The notes under the pieces: model-generated
Seen by the model: only the letters and a program-made list of their open reading frames with translations
The model's database searches: none
Told to the model about the DNA's origin: nothing
Origin: an uncultured Gammaproteobacteria bacterium
GTDB lineage: Bacteria > Patescibacteriota > Patescibacteriia > Magasanikbacterales > GWA2-37-8
Assembly (NCBI GenBank): GCA_964510495.1
Contig: CAZECR010000002.1
Coordinates: 13,767-76,714, forward strand
Length of the DNA: 62,948 nucleotides
Direction: 5' to 3'
Position numbers and translations under genes: made by a program
In this document: one piece after another, positions 44,503 through 54,711 of the stretch
Numbering within the stretch: position 1 is the first letter of the stretch
Layout of the letters: each line of letters begins with the position of its first letter

Positions 44503-45738
44503 ATGGTTTTCAACCGAGCCACTTATTTTACCAAACTTGCTTTGCATTATACAGAGCGGCAATGGCAAAAATACTTGGCCAAAAATTTTGCACACCATCT
44601 GGAGCAACGAATCAATATTCCAACCAAACATGATGCGCTCCGTGCAGCTATTGATTGGCTGTGTAACGCGCAAGACAACAATCGGGATGGTGGAATTAGT
44701 CGGGGCTTTAGTTTGGTATATGACCCTAAGTTTAATAAGACTGGTTGGCAACCTTCTTATCCTGAAACAAGCGGTTATATCATTCCCACCTTACTCCGAG
44801 CGGCTCAATTTCTTAAAGAGCCAAATCTGATCGAACGAACTAAAAAAATTGCTGCCTGGGAAATAAGTATTATGACTTCAGAAGGGGGAATTCCTGGCGG
44901 AAATATTGGAAAAGATCCGAAACCAGCCGTTTTTGACACGGGTCAAGTCATCCGAGGTTTTATTGCATTATTTGAAGAAACAAAAGATACGCTCTACTTA
45001 GATGCAGCAACGCGAGCAGCCAATTGGGTCTTAAAGAACGAATTTTCTAATACTGGACAATGGCTTGCACATAATGCCGACTCAGTAAACCCTACCACAA
45101 CGGTCTATAATATATACGCCATAGTTCCAATTGTTTATTTGGGACAGCTTACACACAACACTCTTTTTATTGATCTCGGTAAAAGAGTTGCCGAGTTTAC
45201 ACTGAAACAACAGAATGCGGTTGGCTGGTTTAAATATTGTGATTTTGAAGATAGAACGGATGCCTTACTCCATACGCTTGGGTATACCATCGATGGATTA
45301 TGGGATATTGGAATACTGCTTAATGAAGAAAGATACCTCACCGCAGCTCGCCTATCCGTAGACAATCTGCTACGGCACCTAGACTCAAAGGGCTTGCCCA
45401 AAGGACGTTTTAATAATATTTGGCAAACCACAGTTGACACATATTGTTTAACAGGAATAGCTCAAATTGCTATTACAGCGATTAAAATTAGAAGTAGATA
45501 CTCTGATCCCAGCTATACAGAATTTATTGAGCGTTCAATAGCTTTTCTTACGTCTAAGCAAAATATGACAGACCCCTCTTTTGGAGGTCTTGGAGCTCTA
45601 TGGGGCAGCTGGCCAATAAACGGAGACTACCAACCGTATCAGGCACTAAACTGGGCAGTGAAATATTTAACCGATCTCTTACTCATGCACCAACAAACAT
45701 CGAGCACAGCTTCTTTATCTTCAACATTTTTATTATGA
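44503..45738 (+). CDS. predicted (alpha/alpha)6-toroid protein (prenyltransferase / six-hairpin-like), function unknown
   Basis: 411 aa. Periodic helical repeats with aromatic/Gly turns (DGGISRGF, SGYIIPTLL, GGIPGG, TGQVIRGF, NAVGWF). Fold call only. Confidence 0.35.
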   Translation: MVFNRATYFTKLALHYTERQWQKYLAKNFAHHLEQRINIPTKHDALRAAIDWLCNAQDNNRDGGISRGFSLVYDPKFNKTGWQPSYPETSGYIIPTLLRAAQFLKEPNLIERTKKIAAWEISIMTSEGGIPGGNIGKDPKPAVFDTGQVIRGFIALFEETKDTLYLDAATRAANWVLKNEFSNTGQWLAHNADSVNPTTTVYNIYAIVPIVYLGQLTHNTLFIDLGKRVAEFTLKQQNAVGWFKYCDFEDRTDALLHTLGYTIDGLWDIGILLNEERYLTAARLSVDNLLRHLDSKGLPKGRFNNIWQTTVDTYCLTGIAQIAITAIKIRSRYSDPSYTEFIERSIAFLTSKQNMTDPSFGGLGALWGSWPINGDYQPYQALNWAVKYLTDLLLMHQQTSSTASLSSTFLL

Positions 45739-46829
45739 AGATTGTTCACATCGCTTGGCTTGGCGCTCAAAATTATGGAGATGACTTAATGGCTGAAGCA
45801 GTTCAAAATTATTTGAATACTCATTTTCAGATAGAAAAATACACCATCTGGTCGCAGGCACACCCAACCATTCATAAGAAATACACTTGGATATATCCCC
45901 CACTCTTAGGAAACCGTTTTAAACCCACCTTTTTCGAAAATCGTGCGCTTAAAAAAGCAGATCTTCTCCTCGTAGGCGGAGGATCAGTACTTCATTCCAG
46001 CGCGAGCTCCCTCTGGAAAGAACGAGGGATAGCTTTTTTTAAGCAAAATACTTCTGGAGCAGCTCTTGGCATCAATGTATCAGTTGGACCGTTTAAAACT
46101 ACGGCCGATGAAGCAGCTTGCAGTCGCGTACTTAAACTGCTTGACGCTTGCACATTTAGAGACAAGGCAAGCTTTGATTTTGCCTGCGCCCTCAATCTTC
46201 CTTATCAACCAGAATTAACATTTGATCTCGCCGCTTGCTATTTAGAAGACCAAAAAATTCTTCCACGCGAAAAGGTCGCTACCATAGGCACTATCGGCCT
46301 TACACTGCGGGAACCCGAACGAGCTGGGTATCAAGAAATATTTAATAACTATGTAGCACTTCTCAAACTCGTTTCAACAAAATACCCTTGCATACGACTC
46401 TTTTGTTTTTCGGGAGCACTTTCCAAGAATAATGAATTCGTTTTTTGTCAAAAACTATTAAACGCAGCTCAAATCAAAGCGCAAATCATTATCTATACCG
46501 GCAACGCACAGAGCTTTACTGAAGAGATCAAAAAATGTGATTTCTTTATTTCAACTCGTTTACACGGACTGATTGTTCCTTATCTTCTAAATATTCCATT
46601 CATTAGCTTGGCACACAAATCTAGTTCTGATCATAAAAAATTTGGTGATTTTAATGAATACATTCAACTTCCTAAAGACGTTCAATTCGAACAGGACAAT
46701 TTTACTCCTTCAGAAATTATACAGCGCATAGTACCCTATGAACTACCACACCAGACACCTTTTTTTGAATTAGCTAGAAAAAATTTTACAGTATTTAAAA
46801 AAAACCTCTATAAAGATCAACGCTTATGA
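45735..46829 (+). CDS. polysaccharide pyruvyl transferase (CsaB/WcaK family)
   Basis: MKIVHIAWLGAQNYGDDLM, LLVGGGSVLH, ISTRLHGLI. The ATG at 45735 forms an ATGA overlap with the upstream stop. The ORF-track start at 45600 is an over-extension. Confidence 0.75.
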   Translation: MKIVHIAWLGAQNYGDDLMAEAVQNYLNTHFQIEKYTIWSQAHPTIHKKYTWIYPPLLGNRFKPTFFENRALKKADLLLVGGGSVLHSSASSLWKERGIAFFKQNTSGAALGINVSVGPFKTTADEAACSRVLKLLDACTFRDKASFDFACALNLPYQPELTFDLAACYLEDQKILPREKVATIGTIGLTLREPERAGYQEIFNNYVALLKLVSTKYPCIRLFCFSGALSKNNEFVFCQKLLNAAQIKAQIIIYTGNAQSFTEEIKKCDFFISTRLHGLIVPYLLNIPFISLAHKSSSDHKKFGDFNEYIQLPKDVQFEQDNFTPSEIIQRIVPYELPHQTPFFELARKNFTVFKKNLYKDQRL

Positions 46830-48019
46830 CAGATCATTTCAAGCCACTCTGTCTGAGTTTCTGGGTACCACCAGTAGTGCGTCCCCAAGCTATTTTAATT
46901 GGCAAAATGATTCCGGAATGGATCAAGCAAGGAACTACTCCGACCATCGTAAGTTATGCCGGAGACACGGCTTGGGATATTGCTGCAACGAAGTATTCTA
47001 TTGATCAGTGGAAAATAAACAAATACGTTGCACGATTACCGATCGTGCCCAAAATTCTCAAAAATAAATATTCGGAACGCATTTTTCGAAGGCTTTGTGC
47101 AGTTGTGAAAAAAGAAAAACCTGATCTCATATTTTCTTTTGCCAACCCTCAAGACAGCAACATCTTCGGCGCGCGACTTAAAAAACATTTTGGCATTCCT
47201 TTTATTAGCCACTTTAGCGACCCTTGGGCTGACAATCCTTATTCTAACTGGAGCAATCATAAGCGAGCTGAAATAATCAAACTCGAACGTTTTATTATTG
47301 AACAAAGCGATAGAGTCGTTTTTACAAATATAGAGCTCCGTGATCTTGTACTACAAAAATTTCCAGCCAGCTGGAAAAATAAAACAGTGGTTATCCCTCA
47401 TTGTTTTGACGAAAAAGAATACCCGGCTCGAGTTAAAAACAACGAACCCTTTATTTTTAGCCATATCGGAGCTCTCTACGGGAAGCGAACCCCGGAATTT
47501 CTCTTTTTAGCACTGCAAGAACTTCTTAAAAATTCACCCAAACTTAGAGGAACATTCTGTCTAAAACTTGTAGGCGCAGCTAATAGCTACGCAGGCTACA
47601 CCGAAGCTCGAATTAAAGAAATGGCTAAAAAATATGGTTTGGCAGATCTTACTTCCATCATTCCTCCAGTAAGTTACACGGAAAGTCTTCGCTACATGAA
47701 ACAATCAGACTGTCTTATTGTTATTGATGCCGATATTGAAAACAGCCCTTTTTTGCCTTCTAAAGTAGTTGATTATGCGGGGAGCAAGACAGCGATACTT
47801 GGTATTACACCCAGCAACAGCCCGACCGATACTTTCCTTAAAGAATTGGGGCAAAAATGTTTTAACTACAAAGAAAAAAATACGCTGATCACTTACTTGC
47901 GAAAATTAATTCAAACTAAAACAGGCCCCGCATATAACGAGAAATTTCGCGCCAACTACTCTGTTGAAGCTACTTCCGCCAAGCTATTACAACTTTTTAA
48001 AGATTGTACCACTCTATGA
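46826..48019 (+). CDS. GT-B-fold glycosyltransferase (GT4-like)
   Basis: 397 aa with a two-domain GT-B layout. C-terminal FLPSKVVDYAGSKTAILG sits in the place of the E-x7-E block. ATGA overlaps at both ends. Confidence 0.55.
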   Translation: MTDHFKPLCLSFWVPPVVRPQAILIGKMIPEWIKQGTTPTIVSYAGDTAWDIAATKYSIDQWKINKYVARLPIVPKILKNKYSERIFRRLCAVVKKEKPDLIFSFANPQDSNIFGARLKKHFGIPFISHFSDPWADNPYSNWSNHKRAEIIKLERFIIEQSDRVVFTNIELRDLVLQKFPASWKNKTVVIPHCFDEKEYPARVKNNEPFIFSHIGALYGKRTPEFLFLALQELLKNSPKLRGTFCLKLVGAANSYAGYTEARIKEMAKKYGLADLTSIIPPVSYTESLRYMKQSDCLIVIDADIENSPFLPSKVVDYAGSKTAILGITPSNSPTDTFLKELGQKCFNYKEKNTLITYLRKLIQTKTGPAYNEKFRANYSVEATSAKLLQLFKDCTTL

Positions 48020-49098
48020 AAATCGCTTTAATTCTAGGCACGCGTCCGGAAATAATTAAAATGTCACCGCTTGTTCGTGCGTGTGAAAAGCATGCAATCG
48101 ACTACTTTATCCTACATACCGGTCAACATTATAATCATGAAATGGATCAACAATTTTTTGATGATCTTGAGCTGCCAAAGCCACGTTATAATCTGAACAT
48201 TGGTAGCAAACCGTATCACGAACAAATCGCAACAATGATTCAAAAAATAAGCGCCATTTTAATTAAAGAAAAACCTGTGGCAGTGGTTGTGCAGGGTGAT
48301 ACTAACACAGTCCTGAGCGGGGCTCTCGCAGCCAACAAACTTGGTATTATGGTGGTCCATCATGAAGCGGGATTACGGAGTTATGACCTCAAAATGTTAG
48401 AGGAGATAAATCGGACACTGACCGATCATATTAGTGACTATTTGTGCACACCCACTAAAGAGACAGCAAAACATCTGCGCGAAGAAGGAATTGCAAAAGA
48501 AAAAATATTCCTTAGCGGCAATACGATCGTTGATGCCGTTAAACAAAATTTACAATTAGCTGCCAAAAAATCAACTATTCTTAAACGTTTTAAGCTTGAA
48601 CCAAAAAAATATATTATTGCTACCGCTCATCGGGCTGAAAACGTTGATGATCCTGAGCGCTTGAACAAAGTACTGAGAGGACTTGAATTGGTTGCGGCAA
48701 GCACGGAGCTTCCCGTTATATATCCCATTCATCCAAGAACGCAAAAAAATATTAAAAAATTCAAACTAACTGTACCCGTTGGAGCAACCATTGTTGCGCC
48801 GCTTGGATATCTAGATTTCCTATTGCTTGAAGCTAACGCCGCGCTGATTATTACCGACTCAGGCGGCATGCAAGAAGAAGCATGTATTCTTCGTGTTCCT
48901 TGTGTAACTATCAGAGATACCACCGAACGCCCCGAAACACTTCACCTGGGTATTAATATTCTTGCCGGGGTAGAACCTGAACAAATACAGAAAGCAGTTG
49001 AAAAAATGCTTCGTTTTAAAAAGACCAAATGGATTAATCCATTTGGTCGGGGTGATGCTGGAGAAAAAATCATCCAATACATCAAAAGATGTATTTAA
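48016..49098 (+). CDS. wecB: UDP-N-acetylglucosamine 2-epimerase (non-hydrolysing)
   Basis: MKIALILGTRPEIIKMSPL, HHEAGLRS, ITDSGGMQEEA. The ATG at 48016 forms an ATGA overlap. Confidence 0.9.
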   Translation: MKIALILGTRPEIIKMSPLVRACEKHAIDYFILHTGQHYNHEMDQQFFDDLELPKPRYNLNIGSKPYHEQIATMIQKISAILIKEKPVAVVVQGDTNTVLSGALAANKLGIMVVHHEAGLRSYDLKMLEEINRTLTDHISDYLCTPTKETAKHLREEGIAKEKIFLSGNTIVDAVKQNLQLAAKKSTILKRFKLEPKKYIIATAHRAENVDDPERLNKVLRGLELVAASTELPVIYPIHPRTQKNIKKFKLTVPVGATIVAPLGYLDFLLLEANAALIITDSGGMQEEACILRVPCVTIRDTTERPETLHLGINILAGVEPEQIQKAVEKMLRFKKTKWINPFGRGDAGEKIIQYIKRCI

Positions 49099-49099
49099 G

Positions 49100-50872
49100 T
49101 TATAACTCGTACAAAAATAAACCTTCAAAAGCACCGATTAATTTTAGTTTTGGTAAAGACTCCATAACAACAGAACTCAATTCATTTTCAGAAACCAGGT
49201 AGTTTACTTTGTACTTGTACACTTCATCGGAAAAATTATTTTTGAGGAAATCTCGATATTCATTCGGCAGCTGTTTTCGGACCTCAATTAAACGCGACGA
49301 TAATCTTGAAGAAAATAATTCATCCCAGTTCTCAAAAAAATAATTGATCACTTCTCCATCATGCTGATCCAAGTATGTTTCGATTCCTTCGGAACGAACC
49401 CCTCGTAGTCTCATCAGTAAAAAGAAATTATGTTTTTGACGATCATCGGGTACAGCATAGAAACGCTCGGTATTGGCAACATATAAGTTACACCGTGTGA
49501 ATGCACGGATCATAAGGCTATACTGCTTATTAGGCTCAAGAGGGAGGACTACGCACGGATCAGGTGCATGCGTATTTAACCAATCAAAAACTACACGATA
49601 TTTTTGTATTTCCTTAAACTCTGCAAGATTAGAGCGATATGTTGTTGTTGCTGCCAGACCATAGGCCAAGGAACACATGATACCTAACAGCGAAACAGCG
49701 TACCAAACCTGTATGCGCCACAATTTAAGAAGACGTTCACCCAACAAGGTCATTATGACCATCATGAGTGGGATAGTATATTGAACAAAATGTGGATACC
49801 ACACCACTCTTCCAGTAATAATTTGCTGATTAAAAACCAACCAACTTGCTCCTAACATATAGACACTCCAATTCCAGGCATCATCTTCGAGTAAAACTTT
49901 TTTTCCTTGTTTTAAATATCGCACTAATGAAACAAGGATAAAGACGATTGTTACTGCTAAGACTAGCCAATTAACTATCGGAGCATGACTATAGAATAAA
50001 CCATTACGCTGCGACAATAGGGCTCCTTGAGCAGAATGCAGAGACGTAAACACTCGCAGCAAGATTGGCAAGCTCATTAAAAAAGCAATCACTCCAATTA
50101 AAATAATTTTTTTACTCAAATGGTATTCGCGTCGCAAAAGTGTCCCAAAAAAGATAACACCTACTAAGGCTAAAATCATGCCCCAAGCAAAAAAATATCC
50201 AATACTCAGCGTTATTGCTAGTCCACAAATTACAAACAAGTATTTTGTGTTTACAGCATTCTTATCGAGAATCTTTTTTAAGAGTAACAAAAAAGTAAAT
50301 ACTAAAAGCGCCCCTGTAACTGGATTAACAGGCCTTGTCCACACTATAGCATGGAAGCCGGGCGACCCTTGCAACCAATGAAGCACCGACCTCACATCAA
50401 CCAAATCATATCCTAGAGTAACCAAAAAAGCTGCTAATAGCGGTGCCAACTTATCAACCCATAAAGAGCTTCGGTCACCAAATTGATAGACAAAAAAATA
50501 AATTAAAAGAAATAATACTGACGGAAACAAAAATTTAGCCAGAAGGAGTGTCGCTGATAAAGAGGTTTGCGTGAGGATATTAAGTGCAGCATACCAATAT
50601 TCACCAAAGGGCGGTATGATTGGTTTTGCATCTTTATACTCATATAAAAATGGCGAACCAAGCCACCCATGTCCCTCGACTACTTCCCTAACTCGAGCCA
50701 TGTACCCAGGTTCATCATCCATAAACACATAATGAACTCCTCGATACTCATTACCAAGCGCGCGCTGTGCTAACAGGTACGGCGCCACTGAAATAGCCCC
50801 AACTCCCAGGGCACAAACTAATACTAAAGCATGTTTTGTCAGAATTGTTCTAATCTTTTTTAAAAAAAACAT
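49100..50872 (-). CDS. polytopic membrane protein with C-terminal soluble domain; GT-C-like glycosyltransferase candidate
   Basis: 590 aa with more than 10 hydrophobic helices. An acidic motif (VFMDDEPGY) sits in the first loop after TM1, as in GT-C enzymes. No sharper family call. Confidence 0.4.
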   Translation of the reverse strand: MFFLKKIRTILTKHALVLVCALGVGAISVAPYLLAQRALGNEYRGVHYVFMDDEPGYMARVREVVEGHGWLGSPFLYEYKDAKPIIPPFGEYWYAALNILTQTSLSATLLLAKFLFPSVLFLLIYFFVYQFGDRSSLWVDKLAPLLAAFLVTLGYDLVDVRSVLHWLQGSPGFHAIVWTRPVNPVTGALLVFTFLLLLKKILDKNAVNTKYLFVICGLAITLSIGYFFAWGMILALVGVIFFGTLLRREYHLSKKIILIGVIAFLMSLPILLRVFTSLHSAQGALLSQRNGLFYSHAPIVNWLVLAVTIVFILVSLVRYLKQGKKVLLEDDAWNWSVYMLGASWLVFNQQIITGRVVWYPHFVQYTIPLMMVIMTLLGERLLKLWRIQVWYAVSLLGIMCSLAYGLAATTTYRSNLAEFKEIQKYRVVFDWLNTHAPDPCVVLPLEPNKQYSLMIRAFTRCNLYVANTERFYAVPDDRQKHNFFLLMRLRGVRSEGIETYLDQHDGEVINYFFENWDELFSSRLSSRLIEVRKQLPNEYRDFLKNNFSDEVYKYKVNYLVSENELSSVVMESLPKLKLIGAFEGLFLYEL

Positions 50873-50875
50873 ATT

Positions 50876-51736
50876 TTATTTTTTCTGAATTACATAATAC
50901 ACTTCGGCTGCCATATTGATGGCAAAAGGTAAGTGGCCAAAAATACTATCTAAATATTTTATTGGAAAAAAAATAAAAGTAGCCATATTTACCAGCAACC
51001 AATAGAGGCTCTTATTGCCAAAGGAAAAAAGGGTGGCTACCAAATAACACAGGTTCACGGTTAGAGTAGAAAAGGGACCGCTTCTTACCCCTTTTTTAAC
51101 GATAGCGAAACCACTCAATAACCGATCTAAACCCGGCTCTGTCCATCGATTAAAATCATGCGGTGAGGCATGAAAAGGGTACATAAAAGGAACACTAATA
51201 TACGCACAAGCTTGTGGCTTAAGCACCCTAAATAATTCTTGAACTACCCGCTCAGGATCAGACACATGTTCAAAAACATCTGCACAAATTATTCCGGCAC
51301 TGCTCGCATCGGACAAAGGAAGGTTGCCAATATCCGCCACAACTGAAACACCTTCATAAGGAAAGAGGTCGACATTGATAACCTCAGGGCTTATGATGCG
51401 CGGTCCAGAACCAAGATTAAAAACAGGAGATTCGGAACAATATTTTTTTAGAAACTTTTTCGGACTGAGACCCATAAAAAAGACTGGGCCAAAGAGAATT
51501 ACTATGGTGTAATAAAAACGTGGCCACCGTTTAAAGAAATCACGAAGCCCGTTACTTTGCTTGTCGTAGGAACCAGCGGTATTCAAAAAAATATACGTGT
51601 CGTCATCTTTTAAAAATGTTGTCTGACAACGTTCACAAGATAATTTTTTTCCGCTCTCTTGCTCGCGTAAACCTGTTGATGCGCATGATGGGCAGCGCCA
51701 GATATTATTTTTCAAAAAAGTCTTCTTTGTAAACAT
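50876..51736 (-). CDS. SAM-dependent methyltransferase with N-terminal zinc ribbon and C-terminal hydrophobic tail
   Basis: CPSCAS...CERC ribbon, VFNLGSGPR, ADVFEHVSDPERVVQELFRVLKP. C-terminal helices. Confidence 0.75.
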   Translation of the reverse strand: MFTKKTFLKNNIWRCPSCASTGLREQESGKKLSCERCQTTFLKDDDTYIFLNTAGSYDKQSNGLRDFFKRWPRFYYTIVILFGPVFFMGLSPKKFLKKYCSESPVFNLGSGPRIISPEVINVDLFPYEGVSVVADIGNLPLSDASSAGIICADVFEHVSDPERVVQELFRVLKPQACAYISVPFMYPFHASPHDFNRWTEPGLDRLLSGFAIVKKGVRSGPFSTLTVNLCYLVATLFSFGNKSLYWLLVNMATFIFFPIKYLDSIFGHLPFAINMAAEVYYVIQKK

Positions 51737-51751
51737 ACGATCTAACAGTAA

Positions 51752-53599
51752 TTAAAATTGCTCCAAACACCAAGATTGAAAAACCATTAATTTCCACAAA
51801 ATTTTTTTATGATCGGCTTTTTGCTCGAGGTGCTCTTTCATATACTCCCCCACTATTTTGGGATCGATGACACCAAAACGATTGAGTGAATCGGGAGAAA
51901 GTATTTCCGACATATATTCCCGCAATTCACCCCTCAGCCAACTACCAAGCGGAATACCAAATCCCTTTTTTGATCGATTAATAATTGCAGCCGGAAGTTT
52001 GTTGGCCATCGTTTGCTTAAGCAAATATTTTGTTACACTTCCATGAAGTTTATATTTCTCAGGTAAATGATTGATAAAATGTGACAACCGGCTATCGAGG
52101 AAGGGAGCCCTGACTTCGAGCGAGGCGTACATGGCAGCACGATCCACTTTATATAAAATATTATCCGTTAAATAATATCGTAAGAATTGCAGGGCAGTAG
52201 TATCGCTATGAGATAGTTCAGAGTAGCCAGCAAGAAAATCGTCTGAAAAATTAAAAAGTGCTGCGGTATTTACAGGCTTTGAGAACAGAGTATTAACCCT
52301 ACCTTCATACCCCCCAACTAGTAAAAAGTCTCGATACTTAGCTGAGAAAGGCATTGTTTCAAGCAAACGAGTAATTTTATATATTAAGGTCAAATTATCG
52401 TCTGATATCGGCAGAAGACTGACCATCTTTTTCAGCGAGCTAAGCTGATGTGGAACTGCCAAAAACGGTAACTTGTTCACAAGTCTCGCTAGACGATGAT
52501 TGGGATAGCCATAAAATAGCTCGTCAGCACCATCTCCGCCTAACGCCACAGTCACCCCTTCCCGCGCAAAGCAGCTTAATAAAAAAGTTGGTAAAAGCGA
52601 GGGATCGCCAAAAGGCTCATCGAGCTTCTTGATGACTTTTGGGAATACTTCCAGCACATCTTGAGCTTTAAACTGCTTGTGATAATGATCGGTTTTAAGA
52701 AAATTCGCTACTTCCTTGGCATAACCAGATTCATCGTAACTTTTTTCTTCAAACCCAATTGAAAATGTCTTGATTGCCGGAGCATGTTTTTTAGCATAAT
52801 AAGCGATAGTACTCGAATCAATTCCTCCGCTTAAAAAAACGCCTACCGGTACATCGGCAATCAAATGATCTTTAACAGCAGCGTCAAGCAAAACATCCAG
52901 ATCATTTTTTACCTCTCTGTCATTTGGATCAATCGGAGTCAGGTCAATTTTAAAATACGACTCTAGAGAGGTTTTTCCGTCTCGATACGTCAGTATTTTT
53001 CCACTTTCTAATTTACTAATCCCCTTCCAAAAAGTCCGGGGCTGCGGGACATAATCAAAACAAAAAAATTGATACGCTGAAAATTCATCAAGCTGCCGCG
53101 GCAGCCCTGCATACTCAAGCAATGCTTTTGGTTCGGAACCAAAAACAAAAATAGCATCATCCTGATACCAATAGAGCGGTTTTTGGCCATAAGGGTCCCG
53201 AGCTAACACCAGCTCATTATGTCGTTTATCCCAAAGAGCTATCGCAAACATACCATTCAGACGGGCAAAAGCTTTTTTACCAAAATCTTCATACAAGTGG
53301 GCAACTACTTCTGTGTCAGTCTCTGTGGCAAACACATGTCCCTTTTGAAGCAGCTCGTTGCGTAGTGTTTGGTAGTTATAGATCTCACCATTAAAGACAA
53401 CAGCGATCGTTTTATCTTCGTTAAAAATTGGTTGAGCTCCGCCAGCAACATCAATAATGCTAAGACGACGATGTCCAAGACCGCTATGTTCTCCCACATA
53501 AAAGCCTTCCCCATCAGGTCCGCGATGCTTAAGACTACCGGCCATACGCCGCAACAACCCTTCATTCCCATTGCCTACGTAACCGACAATACCACACAT
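51752..53599 (-). CDS. asnB: asparagine synthase (glutamine-hydrolysing) family amidotransferase
   Basis: MCGIVGY (Ntn Cys2). PP-loop VGVFLSGGIDSS. 615 aa. Confidence 0.9.
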   Translation of the reverse strand: MCGIVGYVGNGNEGLLRRMAGSLKHRGPDGEGFYVGEHSGLGHRRLSIIDVAGGAQPIFNEDKTIAVVFNGEIYNYQTLRNELLQKGHVFATETDTEVVAHLYEDFGKKAFARLNGMFAIALWDKRHNELVLARDPYGQKPLYWYQDDAIFVFGSEPKALLEYAGLPRQLDEFSAYQFFCFDYVPQPRTFWKGISKLESGKILTYRDGKTSLESYFKIDLTPIDPNDREVKNDLDVLLDAAVKDHLIADVPVGVFLSGGIDSSTIAYYAKKHAPAIKTFSIGFEEKSYDESGYAKEVANFLKTDHYHKQFKAQDVLEVFPKVIKKLDEPFGDPSLLPTFLLSCFAREGVTVALGGDGADELFYGYPNHRLARLVNKLPFLAVPHQLSSLKKMVSLLPISDDNLTLIYKITRLLETMPFSAKYRDFLLVGGYEGRVNTLFSKPVNTAALFNFSDDFLAGYSELSHSDTTALQFLRYYLTDNILYKVDRAAMYASLEVRAPFLDSRLSHFINHLPEKYKLHGSVTKYLLKQTMANKLPAAIINRSKKGFGIPLGSWLRGELREYMSEILSPDSLNRFGVIDPKIVGEYMKEHLEQKADHKKILWKLMVFQSWCLEQF

Positions 53600-53601
53600 A
53601 G

Positions 53602-54543
53602 TTAGAAACCAATTTTCTCTCGAATTGAATAAGGAGTTGTTGTACTGTAATAACTTCTTAAAATAAGATCTGCCAGTAGCCCCATAGAAAATAATTGTAC
53701 ACCGACCATAACTGAAACCACAGTTAAAAGAAGTAACGGAGTATCAATAAAGGAAATATGATAAAAAATTCTCAGCATAACAGCTAAAATAAAAGAAAGG
53801 CCTCCAAAACCTAAAGACAGCATTCCGATCGTACCAAAAAAATAAATTGGCTTAGCCGAATAGTCGATTAGAAATTTAACAACCAGTAAATCCATCAAAA
53901 CCTTAAAAATTCTTGAAAAACCATATTTTGAATGACCGAAACGACGCGGACGATGGTTAACTACCACTTCCGTCACTCGCGCACCGTGCCACGCAGCGTA
54001 CGCCGGGAGCAAACGATGGATCTCACCATAAAAATTTATTCCCTGTACCGTAGCAGCGCGATATGCTTTAAGCGTACAACCATAATCGTTAAGATGGACT
54101 TTGGTTGTGAGGGAAATTATTTTATTGGCAACATGCGACAACCAGACACGAAAACCTTCATCATAGCGTTGCTTACGCCAACCCGAAACAACATCGTAGC
54201 CTTCTTCCAATTTATCAATAAGGGTAGGAATATCTGCGGGATTATTTTGCAAGTCAGCATCGAGCATGACAATAATCTCTCCAGTTGCATATTTAACACC
54301 AGCACCCATTGCCGCAGTTTGGCCGTAATTTCTAGAAAAAGAAATTACTTTTACACGATCATCAGCTGCTTGCATCTTCTTTAAAACTGAAAGACTCTGG
54401 TCCTTTGAGCCATCATCAACGTAAATCACTTCATAACTATCAGCTCTGTTTCCACCCATTAGGGACCCGATTTCTGATTGCAACAGTAGCAGATTTTCTT
54501 CTTCATTATACAAGGGTATAATAATAGAAATCGCTCTTGACAT
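53602..54543 (-). CDS. polyprenol-phosphate glycosyltransferase (GT2; DPM1/ArnC/GtrB type)
   Basis: ISIIIPLYNEEENL, IYVDDGSKDQS, MLDADLQN, and two C-terminal TM helices. The ATG at 54543 is preferred over the TTG at 54570. Confidence 0.85.
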   Translation of the reverse strand: MSRAISIIIPLYNEEENLLLLQSEIGSLMGGNRADSYEVIYVDDGSKDQSLSVLKKMQAADDRVKVISFSRNYGQTAAMGAGVKYATGEIIVMLDADLQNNPADIPTLIDKLEEGYDVVSGWRKQRYDEGFRVWLSHVANKIISLTTKVHLNDYGCTLKAYRAATVQGINFYGEIHRLLPAYAAWHGARVTEVVVNHRPRRFGHSKYGFSRIFKVLMDLLVVKFLIDYSAKPIYFFGTIGMLSLGFGGLSFILAVMLRIFYHISFIDTPLLLLTVVSVMVGVQLFSMGLLADLILRSYYSTTTPYSIREKIGF

Positions 54544-54592
54544 AACACGCTCGTTAAAAGGAAAATTCAAATTTTTATCAAAAATTACTTAT

Positions 54593-54621
54593 ATCTTAGC
54601 ATATTTATAGTGAAATTACAA
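54593..54621 (-). promoter_or_regulatory. candidate promoter of the GT2-AsnB-MTase-membrane operon
   Basis: The minus strand reads TTGTAA-17 nt-TAAGAT with a TGn extended -10. Confidence 0.35.
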
Positions 54622-54656
54622 TACTTGCATAAACTATAAAATATGTGGTCTGCATC

Positions 54657-54684
54657 TTGTAAAAGGCCGAAACTATGGTAGAAT
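54657..54684 (+). promoter_or_regulatory. candidate promoter of the 54712-56618 gene pair
   Basis: TTGTAA, 16-nt spacer, TAGAAT preceded by TGG (extended -10). Lies about 27 nt upstream of the ATG. Confidence 0.4.
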
Positions 54685-54711
54685 ATGATTACTTTATACT
54701 AACGTTTTTCT

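Noticed and set aside
49096-49102. Convergent stop codons 1 nt apart (wecB versus the 590-aa membrane protein), and the 11-nt convergent overlap at 56608-56618, as special regulatory sites
   Set aside because: These are real features of the sequence, but tight packing is general in this window. There is no hairpin or motif at these junctions, so they are reported only as context.
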